Numbered from the stretch's first letter, positions 1-10,478 are shown. The stretch: DNA of 64,000 bases from Pseudobdellovibrionaceae bacterium (GCA_947462815.1 CANHQR010000004.1:13099-77098), one strand, 5' to 3'. Notes: generated from the sequence alone by a model not told the origin. A program made the numbers and translations.

Positions 1-303
1 AGCGAACAATCCGAAGGCAATTCCAAACGCAAAGGTGATCACGCCCCACATCAGGAACAAGTCTTCGCGTTGCCAGCCCTTCAAAACGGGAAAGCGTTCA
101 AAGTAGAGAGCCCAAAATAGGACCCAAAGCGAGTCATTGATGAGCATTCCAACGAGCTGGGTAAAGAAGCTGCTTCGATACTCGATCGCAGAAGCCAAGT
201 TGTTGCGGAGTCCAGCGACAACAAAGTTCAGTTGCGCTCGCGCCCCGCCACGAGGTGCATCGAAGGTTCTGGTTGAAACTCGACCTGCATGTTGATCTGA
301 CAT
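1..303 (-). CDS. ABC-2 family (ABC2_membrane_6/DUF990-type) permease, 5' part; runs off the window edge
   Basis: Not in the ORF track. My translation from the ATG at 303 is open to position 1: MSDQHAG...NNLASAIEYRSSFFTQLVGMLINDSLWVLFWALYFERFPVLKGW. The 'EYR..F' and 'GW' motifs and its position after a partner permease fit this family. Confidence 0.85.
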   Translation of the reverse strand, partial: MSDQHAGRVSTRTFDAPRGGARAQLNFVVAGLRNNLASAIEYRSSFFTQLVGMLINDSLWVLFWALYFERFPVLKGWQREDLFLMWGVITFAFGIAFGLFA

Positions 304-304
304 A

Positions 305-1141
305 TCAACCTCCATTGACATCCAGGCGTCGCACGCCCGCGCGATACATACCCCATGCCATCAAGCTCAAGAGCACCAGCAATCCCAACTGTCGCGAGCT
401 CACATCGAACCATTTGGCCCAGCTGAAATCGATGGCCATGCGCGCAGGCTCATAGATCATGAGCGGAAAGGGACTCCACGCGACAAAGTCTTGCATCCAA
501 CCTGGGAAAAGCGTGATCGGCATGAGAAATCCACCCATGAGCCACTTCAGTCGATCAAAGACAAAATAGAATCCCGTCACATCCTCCGTCCAAAATGCGA
601 GCAAGCCAATCATCGCACCCCAGAGAAAATTCAACATCGCTGTCAAAACAAAACTCAGAAGTAAAGCCGGGACTTGTGAGGCCTGAAAACTCGGAAATCC
701 CACAGCCCAGAAGGCCGCGACGCCACCCATGCCAGCTAACACGAGGGCCTTTAAAGCGCCTTCGCCCAAAAAGACCGCGGCATGCCAACCCAAGAAGGAG
801 TACGGCTTATTCAGTCGAATCGCGACATCGCCATTCTTAATTTCGTTCTCGATGTGACGATGAATCGGAATCATCGACATGATGATGGTTTCTGTCGCCA
901 CCAAATACCAAATCATCTGCGTCAAACTGAATCCCGCGACCAGGCCACTGGCATCGCCACCTTGTGCGTAGGTCACACGCCAAAGCTCGATGAACACATA
1001 CATCACGACGAGAATAAAAAATACCGAGCCCCACAAATCTCCCAAGTAGCGCACCCGTGAACGCAGCGTGACCTGCATCACGGCCCAGAATTTCTGCAAA
1101 GCCGTCCACCAGCTGCCTCGAGCGTCAACTCCCACTTTCAC
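305..1141 (-). CDS. ABC-2 family transporter permease
   Basis: Multiple TM segments; motifs 'AGFSLTQMIWY', 'IKNGDVAIRLNKP', 'GFLMPITLFP' and C-terminal 'VNGG'. Overlaps the ATPase stop codon. Confidence 0.9.
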   Translation of the reverse strand: MKVGVDARGSWWTALQKFWAVMQVTLRSRVRYLGDLWGSVFFILVVMYVFIELWRVTYAQGGDASGLVAGFSLTQMIWYLVATETIIMSMIPIHRHIENEIKNGDVAIRLNKPYSFLGWHAAVFLGEGALKALVLAGMGGVAAFWAVGFPSFQASQVPALLLSFVLTAMLNFLWGAMIGLLAFWTEDVTGFYFVFDRLKWLMGGFLMPITLFPGWMQDFVAWSPFPLMIYEPARMAIDFSWAKWFDVSSRQLGLLVLLSLMAWGMYRAGVRRLDVNGG

Positions 1142-2124
1142 AACCCACCTCGACGATAAATTTCAGCAATCACGTCCTCGAGTGGGGCCGGCTGAATGGC
1201 GATATCCTCGACGTCGTGAACTCGCAAGATATCCCCCACCACTCGATCAATACCCGTTGCCTGGGTGTCGACACTCAGTTTGATGCCCGCACCCTTTTGC
1301 TTCACAATGCTCGATCCCTCTGGCGCCACAAAGTTCTCCACTTCGCGGACCAACTTCAGATCGATCTCTTTTTTGGCCAAAACTTTCTGGCGCAAGGCCG
1401 AAGTTGATCCGTCATAGACCGCCTCGCCGCGGTTCACGATCACGGTTCGGCGGCATAGACTTTCGATATCTCCCGCATCGTGGGAGGTGAGAAAGACCGT
1501 CAGGCCAGTTTCGACATTCGCGCGACGGATCAATTCGCGAATCGAAGCTTTGGCCACGGGATCCAGACCGATGGTCGGCTCATCAAGGAACAAGATCCTC
1601 GGCTCATGGAGAAGACTCGCGGCGACTTCGCAACGCATGCGCTGACCCAAAGACAGTTTGCGCACCGGCACATCGACGAATTCGCCCAACTCAAAGAGCT
1701 CAATCAGTAAATCGCGGCGGCGACGAAATTTTTCCCGATCGAGTTCATAGATGCGCGAGAGCAACTCGAAAGCATCCATCGCCGGCAAGTGCAACCAGAG
1801 CTGAGATTTCTGCCCAAACACCGAGCCGATTTCATAGGCTAAGGCAACACGATCTTGCCAAGGCACAAGATCGAGAACCCGGGCTTCTCCTGAAGTTGGG
1901 AACAGAATTCCCGTGAGAATCTTGATCGTCGTCGACTTGCCGGCGCCGTTCGGTCCGATGAGCGCCAAGGATTCCCCAGAGCGTACCTCGAGATTCAATG
2001 AACGAAGCGCCACGTGCGTTTCTTCGACACGCGACATCGGATTCAGGCGATTGAGCAAAGATCCACTCGCTCGCGTACGCACAAAACTCTTATGAAGTGA
2101 ACGAACCGAAATGATGGTCGACAT
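1138..2124 (-). CDS. ABC transporter ATP-binding protein (NatA/DrrA-like)
   Basis: Walker A GPNGAGKST, signature LSLGQRMR, Walker B ILFLDEPT, H-loop TSHD. Confidence 0.95.
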   Translation of the reverse strand: MSTIISVRSLHKSFVRTRASGSLLNRLNPMSRVEETHVALRSLNLEVRSGESLALIGPNGAGKSTTIKILTGILFPTSGEARVLDLVPWQDRVALAYEIGSVFGQKSQLWLHLPAMDAFELLSRIYELDREKFRRRRDLLIELFELGEFVDVPVRKLSLGQRMRCEVAASLLHEPRILFLDEPTIGLDPVAKASIRELIRRANVETGLTVFLTSHDAGDIESLCRRTVIVNRGEAVYDGSTSALRQKVLAKKEIDLKLVREVENFVAPEGSSIVKQKGAGIKLSVDTQATGIDRVVGDILRVHDVEDIAIQPAPLEDVIAEIYRRGGL

Positions 2125-2237
2125 GGGCGACTCCTTCTTCTCTCAGTCTCAAAGGAGTCGTCGTTCAATTCAAATCGTGAATTTTGATACGCAGGCCAAG
2201 TTCGACTCGAGTTCCAAGCTGGAACCGATCGGATCGT

Positions 2238-3362
2238 CTATGGAACCAAGGCGCGAATCTCGGTCTGCTTCTGATTGATGAACCAGCCGTAGTAGTTTTC
2301 TTCAGGGAGAATCACGCGTTGCCCGCGCCGCAGAGCTTCGAGATTGCGTCGATAGAGCTCACGAGCTCGGCCTTTCTCTCTTCCAAGGTTGTAAAGCGTT
2401 GCTGTCAATCCAGGATTGCCACTGATATCAAAGTTCGCTTCGTTGATATAGGTATCGATCGCGAGTTTCAAATTCGCCGCGATGTAATGAACCGTCGTCG
2501 TGGGTTCAATGATGTCCTCATAGATTTCCACAGGCCGAGATACATCCAAACGTCGCAGACCACTCAACTCCTGCACTCGATCGGTCACCATCAAAGCACG
2601 GAGAGGATCCAGCTGGCCCAAGCCATAGGAAAGGCCCGAAGCAACCGGATTAAAGAAAGTCATACGAAGTGAAGAGTTAGGAAAGGTTCTTCCATCAACC
2701 GTTTTGCCTCGATAGTCGCGTTCCCAAATCCAACCGATACAGTCCCAATACTCGGCCTGAGGCCCATCGGCCCGGCAAGTGGCAAAGCGAGGCCCCTTGA
2801 TCAGTTCATCTAAACCAATGCCGCTTGCCCGAAAGCGAAGCGCCCATGAGGCCGCAAAGCGTGTCGCCAAAATTGCATACGTCTGCACCGTATCTTGGCC
2901 GCTGACATTGTAAGTATGTTCGCCGATGATCGCGCTCACGACATGAATCGGATCCAGCCCATGCAACAGCGAAGCGCGACGAATCTCCTGCAAGATAGCC
3001 TGATCGCGACGAAGCATATTGAGTGCTCTCAAATAACGAGTCTGAACTTCACCTTCACGAGCCTGGGGGTCTTCCGAGAAGCGATCCTTCGTACTGTCAG
3101 GAAACTCAGGCTGCACCGCTTGCCGATTGCCAGAAGGGACCGCGATCAAAACTCGCTTGTCGCGATAAGTTTGCAGCGTGATTTCGGATGAGTCCGGCGC
3201 CACCGAATAGTCCGAAGTGTTGGTCAGTGGCACCGATCGCGTACAAGCCAACACGATCTGCGAGCCTACAGCCACAAGTGCCACCGCACTCCACACTCGC
3301 CGCTTCGATCGCCCTGTACCCATAGCGCACTGATGCAACTTCTCTCCGAACAACATATCCAT
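2238..3362 (-). CDS. DUF1402-like secreted or lipoprotein, probably lysozyme-like fold
   Basis: Motifs 'PSGNR...QP', 'DPIHVVSAIIGEHTYNV', 'GLGQLDPL', 'NPGLTATLYNLG', 'ENYYGWFIN'. Signal peptide with possible lipobox VLAC. The true start is uncertain (3362, 3356 or 3323). Confidence 0.75.
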   Translation of the reverse strand: MDMLFGEKLHQCAMGTGRSKRRVWSAVALVAVGSQIVLACTRSVPLTNTSDYSVAPDSSEITLQTYRDKRVLIAVPSGNRQAVQPEFPDSTKDRFSEDPQAREGEVQTRYLRALNMLRRDQAILQEIRRASLLHGLDPIHVVSAIIGEHTYNVSGQDTVQTYAILATRFAASWALRFRASGIGLDELIKGPRFATCRADGPQAEYWDCIGWIWERDYRGKTVDGRTFPNSSLRMTFFNPVASGLSYGLGQLDPLRALMVTDRVQELSGLRRLDVSRPVEIYEDIIEPTTTVHYIAANLKLAIDTYINEANFDISGNPGLTATLYNLGREKGRARELYRRNLEALRRGQRVILPEENYYGWFINQKQTEIRALVP

Positions 3363-3660
3363 CTCCCTTGTGCCGAGGCCGACGGCCTTCGCCGCTTGAT
3401 CGACACCGACCTCGTTAATCCGTGTGAACGGGGGATGATGTGCAATTCCTGAGCTGCCCGGTCTGAGTGTGCGGGAGTTGTTGCAAATTCTTGAAATCAA
3501 AGAACTAATCGGAGAATTATGCCTGACTTGCATCGCGCGCCCGCCAACGCGAGATCCGTTGGAAAATACTGTGTGCTTCCAGTAGGTTACGATCGAATTC
3601 CGGCAGATTTAACACACTCAATTAGGGCAGCTCAGGGACGAAAACGGGCCCCGCCCGGAC

Positions 3661-4629
3661 TCAGTAGCCCTCTAACTTCACAGGCCCCCAAGGGACTCCA
3701 GGGTCAGGGCGCGACTCCCAAAGCGCTCCGCGCACTCGCATCTCTTCATTGCGCACCTCGTGAAGTGGATACCAAATTTTTTCGTCAGGAAAGTCAGCGG
3801 TCTCACCGAGCACCACGTACTCCGCATCGGCGCCGGAGTTGTTGATCACACAATGCGCAAGTCCTGTACCCGGCCGAAAGTAAACCACATCGCCGGGCGT
3901 GATCGTGCGCGTCCAACCGTGTAGGAAAACTTCGGCCTGACCCGACAACATCACCAACCATTCTTCTTCGTGGGTATGTGCGTGCGGCCACGAGCTTCTC
4001 CGGCCTGAAGGATGAATTTCGTGCCAGATTCCCAATCGCTGAAGTCCCAATCGCTGCGTGAGCCTTGCGCCTAAGCCGAAGACCTCGTGGCTACCGGGAT
4101 AGGACCAAGGTTTCTCGCGCGAGGCCGAAGGCGCGTGAATAATCCGATGACTCCAGTCTGGCGTGGACTCAGGACCCATCGCTTGCGCAGGCCAGTTCGA
4201 CCACCATGAATTCCCTGCCCCGGCTCGACGCTCGGGGTGCAAGGGATAGATCCATTGATTTGTGGGCTTCGATCTCTCGCCCATCATCAGGAGACGACAT
4301 GCGGAATTCGCTGTGGCCTGCACCGCATGCACCAGTCCTTCACCGGCTGGGAAGCCGATGCAGTCCCCGGCGCGCATGTCATAGGCCCGAGCATTCAACC
4401 AAACGATGGCTTCTCCCTCGAGCATATACACAAACTCTTCTTCTTCACTTTCGGCATGCGGAGTTGATGACCATGCGCCGGGTGGAAGATCGAGCACATG
4501 CACAGCTGTGCGCAGAGAATCGAAAGCCGGGGCGAAGCTGGAGATCGAGCCTCGAGCTCCCGTGAGCGGACATGTCCACGCGCGGACGAGATCAGCTCCC
4601 TGACAAATCACCTTCGACCAGTTCATCAT
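3661..4629 (-). CDS. tandem cupin-domain protein
   Basis: Two cupin motif pairs: 'PHAESEEEEFVYMLEG...H' and 'PHAHTHEEEWLVMLSG...H'. Confidence 0.85.
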   Translation of the reverse strand: MMNWSKVICQGADLVRAWTCPLTGARGSISSFAPAFDSLRTAVHVLDLPPGAWSSTPHAESEEEEFVYMLEGEAIVWLNARAYDMRAGDCIGFPAGEGLVHAVQATANSACRLLMMGERSKPTNQWIYPLHPERRAGAGNSWWSNWPAQAMGPESTPDWSHRIIHAPSASREKPWSYPGSHEVFGLGARLTQRLGLQRLGIWHEIHPSGRRSSWPHAHTHEEEWLVMLSGQAEVFLHGWTRTITPGDVVYFRPGTGLAHCVINNSGADAEYVVLGETADFPDEKIWYPLHEVRNEEMRVRGALWESRPDPGVPWGPVKLEGY

Positions 4630-4667
4630 GGGAGCTTCTCTCGACCTTTCGGTTCAACGACGCTCGA

Positions 4668-5597
4668 TCACTTTCTCACGTCAGCCGCACGGACGCCTTC
4701 AATCACGGCCATGGCCGTCGTCACCACGCTCGATGGATCCGCGACGTTCGCCGGCACAATAATGGCACGAGCGTCATAAGCCACTTGTCCCAGCTGTCGA
4801 ACATACTCTTCGGCGACCTTAAATTGCGCAGCTCGATCGCCGCCCTTGGACTCAATCGCGTCCGCCATTTGGCGCAAGCCTTCGGCTGAAGCGCGAGCGA
4901 CCGCCAAAATCGCAGACGCTCGACCTTCAGCTTCGTTAATCTGCTTTTGCTTATCGGCCTCCGAGGCCTTGATGACTTCCTGCTTAGCACCTTCGGCGCG
5001 ATTGATCTTGGAGTCGCGCTCAGCTTCCGAAGTCAGAATTGAGGCGCGTTTTTCTCGCTCCGCCCGCATCTGCTTCTCCATCGCTTCCAACACGTCTTTC
5101 GGCGGCTGAATCTGCTTGATCTCATAGCGCAAAACCTTAACACCCCAGGGCTGGGTGGCATTCTCGATCCCCAGGATCACGGCGGAGTTGATCTTATCTC
5201 TCTCCTCAAAGGTCCGATCGAGGTCAATCTTACCAATCTCGGAACGCAGAGTCGTCTGCGCCAGTTGCGTGACGGCCGCGATGTAGTCGCTGATTCCGTA
5301 AGAAGCCTTAACCGCATCCATCACGCGAAAGAACAACACTCCGTCAACATGCACGGAGACGTTGTCTTTCGTGATACAGACCTGCGCTGGAATATCGAGG
5401 ACGATTTCTTTGAGTGAGTGCTTGTAGCGAATCACGTCAATGAAGGGCACCACAAAGTGCAGTCCGGCCTGCATGGAAGTTTGGAACTTTCCCAAACGCT
5501 CCATGATCCAGATTTCCTGTTGAGGGACGATGCGGACAGCCTTGAAAACAACAACGATGGCAAATGCGACGACACCAAGAGCGAATATTGATTCCAC
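4668..5597 (-). CDS. qmcA: SPFH/stomatin-like protein (QmcA/paraslipin)
   Basis: 'ERLGKF...GLHFVVPFID', 'ITKDNV', 'QTTLRSEIG', 'WGVKVLRYEIK', 'MEKQMRAEREKRA'. Confidence 0.9.
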   Translation of the reverse strand: MESIFALGVVAFAIVVVFKAVRIVPQQEIWIMERLGKFQTSMQAGLHFVVPFIDVIRYKHSLKEIVLDIPAQVCITKDNVSVHVDGVLFFRVMDAVKASYGISDYIAAVTQLAQTTLRSEIGKIDLDRTFEERDKINSAVILGIENATQPWGVKVLRYEIKQIQPPKDVLEAMEKQMRAEREKRASILTSEAERDSKINRAEGAKQEVIKASEADKQKQINEAEGRASAILAVARASAEGLRQMADAIESKGGDRAAQFKVAEEYVRQLGQVAYDARAIIVPANVADPSSVVTTAMAVIEGVRAADVRK

Positions 5598-5600
5598 AAC

Positions 5601-6053
5601 TTACCCCAATTTGCTGACTTTGATTTTGATTCCCTGCGTGCCTTCAACGCGAACTCGATCACCGACCCGAATGCTGCTGGAGCCGACATTTATGGCGGTA
5701 AAGGGAGCACCTTGATAAGAGAGCTGTCCCTCCGCACCCACCTCGAGAGCCGCATCCGCAACGAACTCGTGCCGTTCATCGTTCGCGAAGCTCGATTTTG
5801 CCATGCTCTGCATGCGGGCGCGGATCACTTTTTTACCGGCGACCAACGAGATTAAACCCGTGGCACCAAAGCAGATCAGTTGTCCCCAAAGACCCATCGG
5901 GGTGAGGGCAACGGCCGCTGTCGTCAATCCAGCAGCGGCCGCAAAGAACATCAGCACGAAGGTTCCGGTCGCCACTTCTCCAGCGAGAAGGATCACACTC
6001 ACGGCTGCCCAAAACCAAACTGGCCCAAACGAACTCACGTCTAAGTTTTCCAT
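5601..6053 (-). CDS. NfeD-like (YbbJ) membrane protein
   Basis: N-terminal TM helices and a C-terminal OB-like domain ('GDRVRV'); lies directly upstream of the SPFH gene, the canonical pairing. Confidence 0.85.
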   Translation of the reverse strand: MENLDVSSFGPVWFWAAVSVILLAGEVATGTFVLMFFAAAAGLTTAAVALTPMGLWGQLICFGATGLISLVAGKKVIRARMQSMAKSSFANDERHEFVADAALEVGAEGQLSYQGAPFTAINVGSSSIRVGDRVRVEGTQGIKIKVSKLG

Positions 6054-6138
6054 GCTCTCAAGTGTACAGTGATGCGCGACGAAATCATCCGCTACTAGCG
6101 AGCCGCGTTAGGCCCGAAGCAAATCGAACTTGGCCCCA

Positions 6139-7932
6139 TCACCAGTGAGACTCATGAGATCGAAGCTCAGCTTGATCGCGCTGAAACATTTGTTCCAAGT
6201 CCGCCCGTGATTGCTTGGCCTTCGCAACCATCAACTCGCGATCACTACGGAGCTGATGAAGATCAGCGATCATGTCGTAATTATGACGCCGAAATTGATT
6301 GGTGGCTCGCCAGGCCTCATGAGGATCGACGCCGAGTCCGACCAAAACTTTGCGCCCCAAGCTCAGCGAGGACTCAAAGGTCTCTCGCTCGATTCCCGCT
6401 AAGTTTCGATCCATGAGATCATAAAGATGTCGCAAGTTTCGCGCCCGTGAATAAATCTTCACGTTGGGGAACTCCTTGCGAACGAGGTCAACAAGCTTGA
6501 GAGCCTCGTCGGGATCATCGATTGCGACGACCAGGACTTTGGCCTCGCGAAGCCCCGCAGCTTCAAGTAACTCCAATCGAGTCGCATCTCCATAATAGAC
6601 TTTGAAACCAAACTGCCGCAGCAATTCAATTTGGTCGGGCTCATGGTCGACGACCGTCGCCTTGAGGCCGCGTGCAAACAGCAAGCGACCGACGATCTGC
6701 CCAAATCGTCCGAATCCCGCGATAATCACCGACGGGTGTTCATTTTCTATTTGATCCTCAGGTGGCTTGACGCTTCCATTCTTCGCATCCCACTTCGCCT
6801 GCAAAATCAACACGAGCGGCGACAACAACATGGTGAGAGCTGTTGCGGCGATCAGTTGTCCGCTCTGTTGCGCGGACAGAATGCCTAAGGTCGCTGCCGC
6901 ACCAAACAAGACGAAAGCGAACTCCCCAACTTGCGAAAGTACGGCGGCAAAGCCCCATCTTTGCGAGGACGGCAACTGAAAGATTCGCGCCAAACCGAGA
7001 TGGTACACGAGCTTAATCAGCGTCGCCAGAACGGCCATGCCCAAAACCAATCCCGGTGTCTCCATCACCACATTGAGGTTCACCGACATACCGACTGAAA
7101 TAAAAAACAAACCGAGGAGGAGACCTTTGAACGGCTCAAGATCAGTTTCGAGAGCATGCCTATATTCACTGTTGGCCAGCATGACTCCCGCCATGAACGC
7201 GCCCAAGCCCATCGATAAACCGAGGCTTGTCATCAAGGCCGACATGCCGACGACGAGAAACAGGGCGAGCGCCGTGAACACTTCGCGCAAGTGAGATCCG
7301 GCTACTAACCGAAGCAGAGGGCGGAGTCCGAAGCGAGTAAAGAAAACGAGAGCGGTGAAGATTCCCAGCACTTTGATGGTGCCGACAAAGGTCATTGGGT
7401 CGGCGTCTTGTGCGGAAGACGTGGCCATGAACGGCAGCAACGCCAGCATGGGAATAACAGCTAAGTCTTGAAACAACAAAACGGAAAAGGCTGAGCCTCC
7501 ACCGGTCGTATCCATCCAGGCGCGTTCCTTCATGACTTGAACGGCGATCGCCGTCGAAGACAACGAAAACCCCATGCCGACTACGGCCGAGGCCATCCAA
7601 CTCCATCCCCAAATTTTAAAACAAAGTCCAACGAGCAATCCGGTTCCCAGAACTTGCAAACCGCCCATTCCAAAGATCGGTACGCGAAGTTTCCAAAGTC
7701 GACTGGGCTCGAGCTCCAAACCGATCAAGAACAGCAAAAGCACGACACCAAATTCCGAGAAGTGAAGAATTTCTTCGACATTGGTGACCAGACCTAAGAC
7801 TCCAGGACCGATGACGATTCCCGCAATGAGGTATCCAAGGACACTGCCCAATCCTAAGCGCTGAAAGATCGGCACAAACATGACAGCCGCACCCAGAAAC
7901 ACCAAACTCAAGTGCAGAAATCCATGACTCAT
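6139..7932 (-). CDS. kefC: glutathione-regulated K+ efflux antiporter KefC/KefB
   Basis: CPA2 TM domain, regulatory loop 'EYRHALETDLEPFKGLLLGLFF', KTN domain 'GFGRFGQ' and 'YGDATR'. Confidence 0.92.
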   Translation of the reverse strand: MSHGFLHLSLVFLGAAVMFVPIFQRLGLGSVLGYLIAGIVIGPGVLGLVTNVEEILHFSEFGVVLLLFLIGLELEPSRLWKLRVPIFGMGGLQVLGTGLLVGLCFKIWGWSWMASAVVGMGFSLSSTAIAVQVMKERAWMDTTGGGSAFSVLLFQDLAVIPMLALLPFMATSSAQDADPMTFVGTIKVLGIFTALVFFTRFGLRPLLRLVAGSHLREVFTALALFLVVGMSALMTSLGLSMGLGAFMAGVMLANSEYRHALETDLEPFKGLLLGLFFISVGMSVNLNVVMETPGLVLGMAVLATLIKLVYHLGLARIFQLPSSQRWGFAAVLSQVGEFAFVLFGAAATLGILSAQQSGQLIAATALTMLLSPLVLILQAKWDAKNGSVKPPEDQIENEHPSVIIAGFGRFGQIVGRLLFARGLKATVVDHEPDQIELLRQFGFKVYYGDATRLELLEAAGLREAKVLVVAIDDPDEALKLVDLVRKEFPNVKIYSRARNLRHLYDLMDRNLAGIERETFESSLSLGRKVLVGLGVDPHEAWRATNQFRRHNYDMIADLHQLRSDRELMVAKAKQSRADLEQMFQRDQAELRSHESHW

Positions 7933-8531
7933 GGAGAACCCAAACTTTTAGAATCGTAGCCAGGCAAAGTGTAAGCCATCACGCGATCCCGAACTTTTTC
8001 TGCGTGAATCAAGAGTTCATCATCATTGGATCTGACCGCGGCATGCAAAACGATGGGCTCGGCGAACTTCATCTCCATCAACTTCGCCGTCTGCTTCCAA
8101 GGATAGAGAAACTCTTCGAAATGATGTCCGTGAAACCCTTGCGGCGTGTAGGCTTCGGGACCTCCGCCCGTTGTCATCGAGATTTGCATGGTCTTGCCCC
8201 GAAGCGCCATTTCGCCTTTGCCATAGGCAAAACCCGAAAGAAAAACTTCATCCAACCAAAGCTTCAACAACGGCGGCATCGAGTACCAGTACATCGGATG
8301 TTGAATGAATAAAACATCGTGGGATCGCAGAAGATCTTGCTGGCGACGAACGGCGTACTCATCGAGCGCGAAGTCCGGAAACTCCGTGTACAAATCCAAA
8401 AAGTGAATGCGCTCGAGATCACGGACCCTTTCACCAACTCGACGATTGGCACGCGATTTCGAAGAGCGCGGATGAGCGAATACAAACAAAACTTTGCGAG
8501 GCAGATTGAGAGATGATCCTTCTGAACTCAT
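7929..8531 (-). CDS. NAD(P)H oxidoreductase KefF/KefG (flavodoxin-2 fold)
   Basis: 'FAHP..S.AN', 'DLY', 'QHPMYWYSMPPLLKLWLD', 'GFAYG', 'TTGG'; ATGA overlap with kefC. Confidence 0.9.
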   Translation of the reverse strand: MSSEGSSLNLPRKVLFVFAHPRSSKSRANRRVGERVRDLERIHFLDLYTEFPDFALDEYAVRRQQDLLRSHDVLFIQHPMYWYSMPPLLKLWLDEVFLSGFAYGKGEMALRGKTMQISMTTGGGPEAYTPQGFHGHHFEEFLYPWKQTAKLMEMKFAEPIVLHAAVRSNDDELLIHAEKVRDRVMAYTLPGYDSKSLGSP

Positions 8532-10426
8532 ACAGGCAAGCCTTCAAGCTGCATCACGCGTAGAGCATTGGTTGAAGGGCAAGGACCGACCTCCTTTTTG
8601 AAGGAGAATTGCATGCGGCCTTCGACGACCTCGTCTTTGAAATGGAAGTTCTTGAGTCCTGGCACTTGGCTCTCCAGCGTCGCCAAATCTAGATCATGTG
8701 TCGTCACGGCGCCGATCGCGGTCGTCGCGGCGATCGCGCGAATGTAGGCCTCAGCACCCTGACGACGCTCACGATTATTCGTGCCGCGAAAAATTTCATC
8801 GATCAAATAGAGCGTGAGCTCTCGCTCTTGAGCCCGCGACAGCATCGCACGCAGCTCGCGCACTTCCGCATAAAACGATGAGAAACCATCATCCAGCGAA
8901 TCCCCGGGCCGCAAAGAGGTTTCAACCCGTAACGGCGAAAGCCGCAGGCGCTGAGCCGGCACCTTCGCCCCCGACCGTGCCAAGATCACGTTCAAGCCCA
9001 CCGTTCGCAAAAACGTACTCTTCCCTGCCATATTCGATCCCGTGATCAGGTGACATGCACCCGCTTCGCTTTTCCGATGCATCTGCAAATCATTGCCTAC
9101 GCGCCGGTCGCGCGAGAGTCGCGGATGCGACAAGTCGACAGCTTCGAGCTGGGCATCTGTGGAGTCGATGAACTCGGGCTCCACGTAATCTCGATTGAGG
9201 GCACCAAACTCCGCGATGGGGGCAGCGGCCTCGAGCTCCTCAAGTCCTAACATCCACGCTCCGACCTCACTCTGAATGCGTTCACGCGCACGCTCCAAAC
9301 GAATCGACCAGAATAAATCCCAGGGCAAAAACAAGTGCACGAGCATGTGCAGGATGAAGTTTTGGCGGAGACCTAGGGCACCTGCTGCGCGCTCAATTTT
9401 CTTGAGTTCCTCTTCTGGAGATGTGTCACCCCAAAAACCCTGGAGCAGTCGAGAAAGCTCAACTGCCCCTGATCTTCGCAGCGCCTGCGCCAGACGCGTC
9501 ACTTCCATTAAGGCCCCGAGCGAGCGCGCCAACGAAAGCGCCTGACCGTAAGCACTGAGAAATTGAACTCGCGTCGCCGCAAAGCCATAGAGGGCAAGAG
9601 TCAGTGCTCCAAAGACTGTGAAGCCGATTTTAATCTGCAGCAAAGCACAAAGCCAAATCCCCACCTGCGCCAAAGCGATGGCAATCAGCACCGGCTGACT
9701 TCCCGGTTTTGCGATCGGGAGCGACAACTGCTGCCGAAGTTCCTCGCTGTCAAAGTGCCCGCCCTTTTCCTCCGCCATTCTGAGAGAAAGCTGAAGAAAA
9801 CGACGACGCAATAAATGCCGCTTCTCCAACTCGCGAACCTGCTGGCGACGCATCCGCAAATCCACAGCCTGCGGCACACTCGTCAACTTGAAGGAGCTGC
9901 CACCGGCCAACCGCCAACCTAAGCGCTGAAGCCCCCCTGTGGAGAGCGGAAATGCGAGAGCTCGGAAGACACCATGCTCTCCTCCTAGATCAAGATCCCG
10001 CCATTCGGCGCTCGCTTCCAACTCGTGCGTCCAGCTTCGCGTTTTGAGATTCGCAGGAACACGGAGCTGACGTAACTCTCGACCGCGGGCGTAGAGTGCC
10101 GCCCGAAGATCAGCACGTCGAAGTTTGGCGCGAAGCCTTTGGTGAAGATAGAGAAAGACGAAAAAAACTAAGCCGGCCCCGACAGCCAACCAACTCCAAG
10201 AATCGGGCGCAGACGGACGAGCCGCCATAACAGCCGCCGCGAGACCTAAGAATGCAGCGCCTGTTCGCCAACTTCCCATCTTCGACTCTGCCGAACGCAA
10301 AGGTCTTCGAACTAAGTTGTCCAACAACCTTATCGCACGGTCCTCTTGCGACGTTTGGGGCCACGCGCTCGGCGAGCCTGAAGAGTTGGATAATGAGGGC
10401 GGAGCCGAAGGCGCTGAACTCGACAT
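8528..10426 (-). CDS. membrane-anchored MutS-like ATPase (MutS domain V, no mismatch-recognition domain)
   Basis: N-terminal TM pairs; C-terminal 'ITGSNMAGKSTFLRT', 'SSFYAEV', 'IDEIFRGTN', 'TTHDL', 'STNALRVM'. Confidence 0.88.
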   Translation of the reverse strand: MSSSAPSAPPSLSNSSGSPSAWPQTSQEDRAIRLLDNLVRRPLRSAESKMGSWRTGAAFLGLAAAVMAARPSAPDSWSWLAVGAGLVFFVFLYLHQRLRAKLRRADLRAALYARGRELRQLRVPANLKTRSWTHELEASAEWRDLDLGGEHGVFRALAFPLSTGGLQRLGWRLAGGSSFKLTSVPQAVDLRMRRQQVRELEKRHLLRRRFLQLSLRMAEEKGGHFDSEELRQQLSLPIAKPGSQPVLIAIALAQVGIWLCALLQIKIGFTVFGALTLALYGFAATRVQFLSAYGQALSLARSLGALMEVTRLAQALRRSGAVELSRLLQGFWGDTSPEEELKKIERAAGALGLRQNFILHMLVHLFLPWDLFWSIRLERARERIQSEVGAWMLGLEELEAAAPIAEFGALNRDYVEPEFIDSTDAQLEAVDLSHPRLSRDRRVGNDLQMHRKSEAGACHLITGSNMAGKSTFLRTVGLNVILARSGAKVPAQRLRLSPLRVETSLRPGDSLDDGFSSFYAEVRELRAMLSRAQERELTLYLIDEIFRGTNNRERRQGAEAYIRAIAATTAIGAVTTHDLDLATLESQVPGLKNFHFKDEVVEGRMQFSFKKEVGPCPSTNALRVMQLEGLPV

Positions 10427-10478
10427 TTAGGATTCTCACTTGGCGAAGACAGTCGAAGGCCCTCATACTGGGGCCTCT

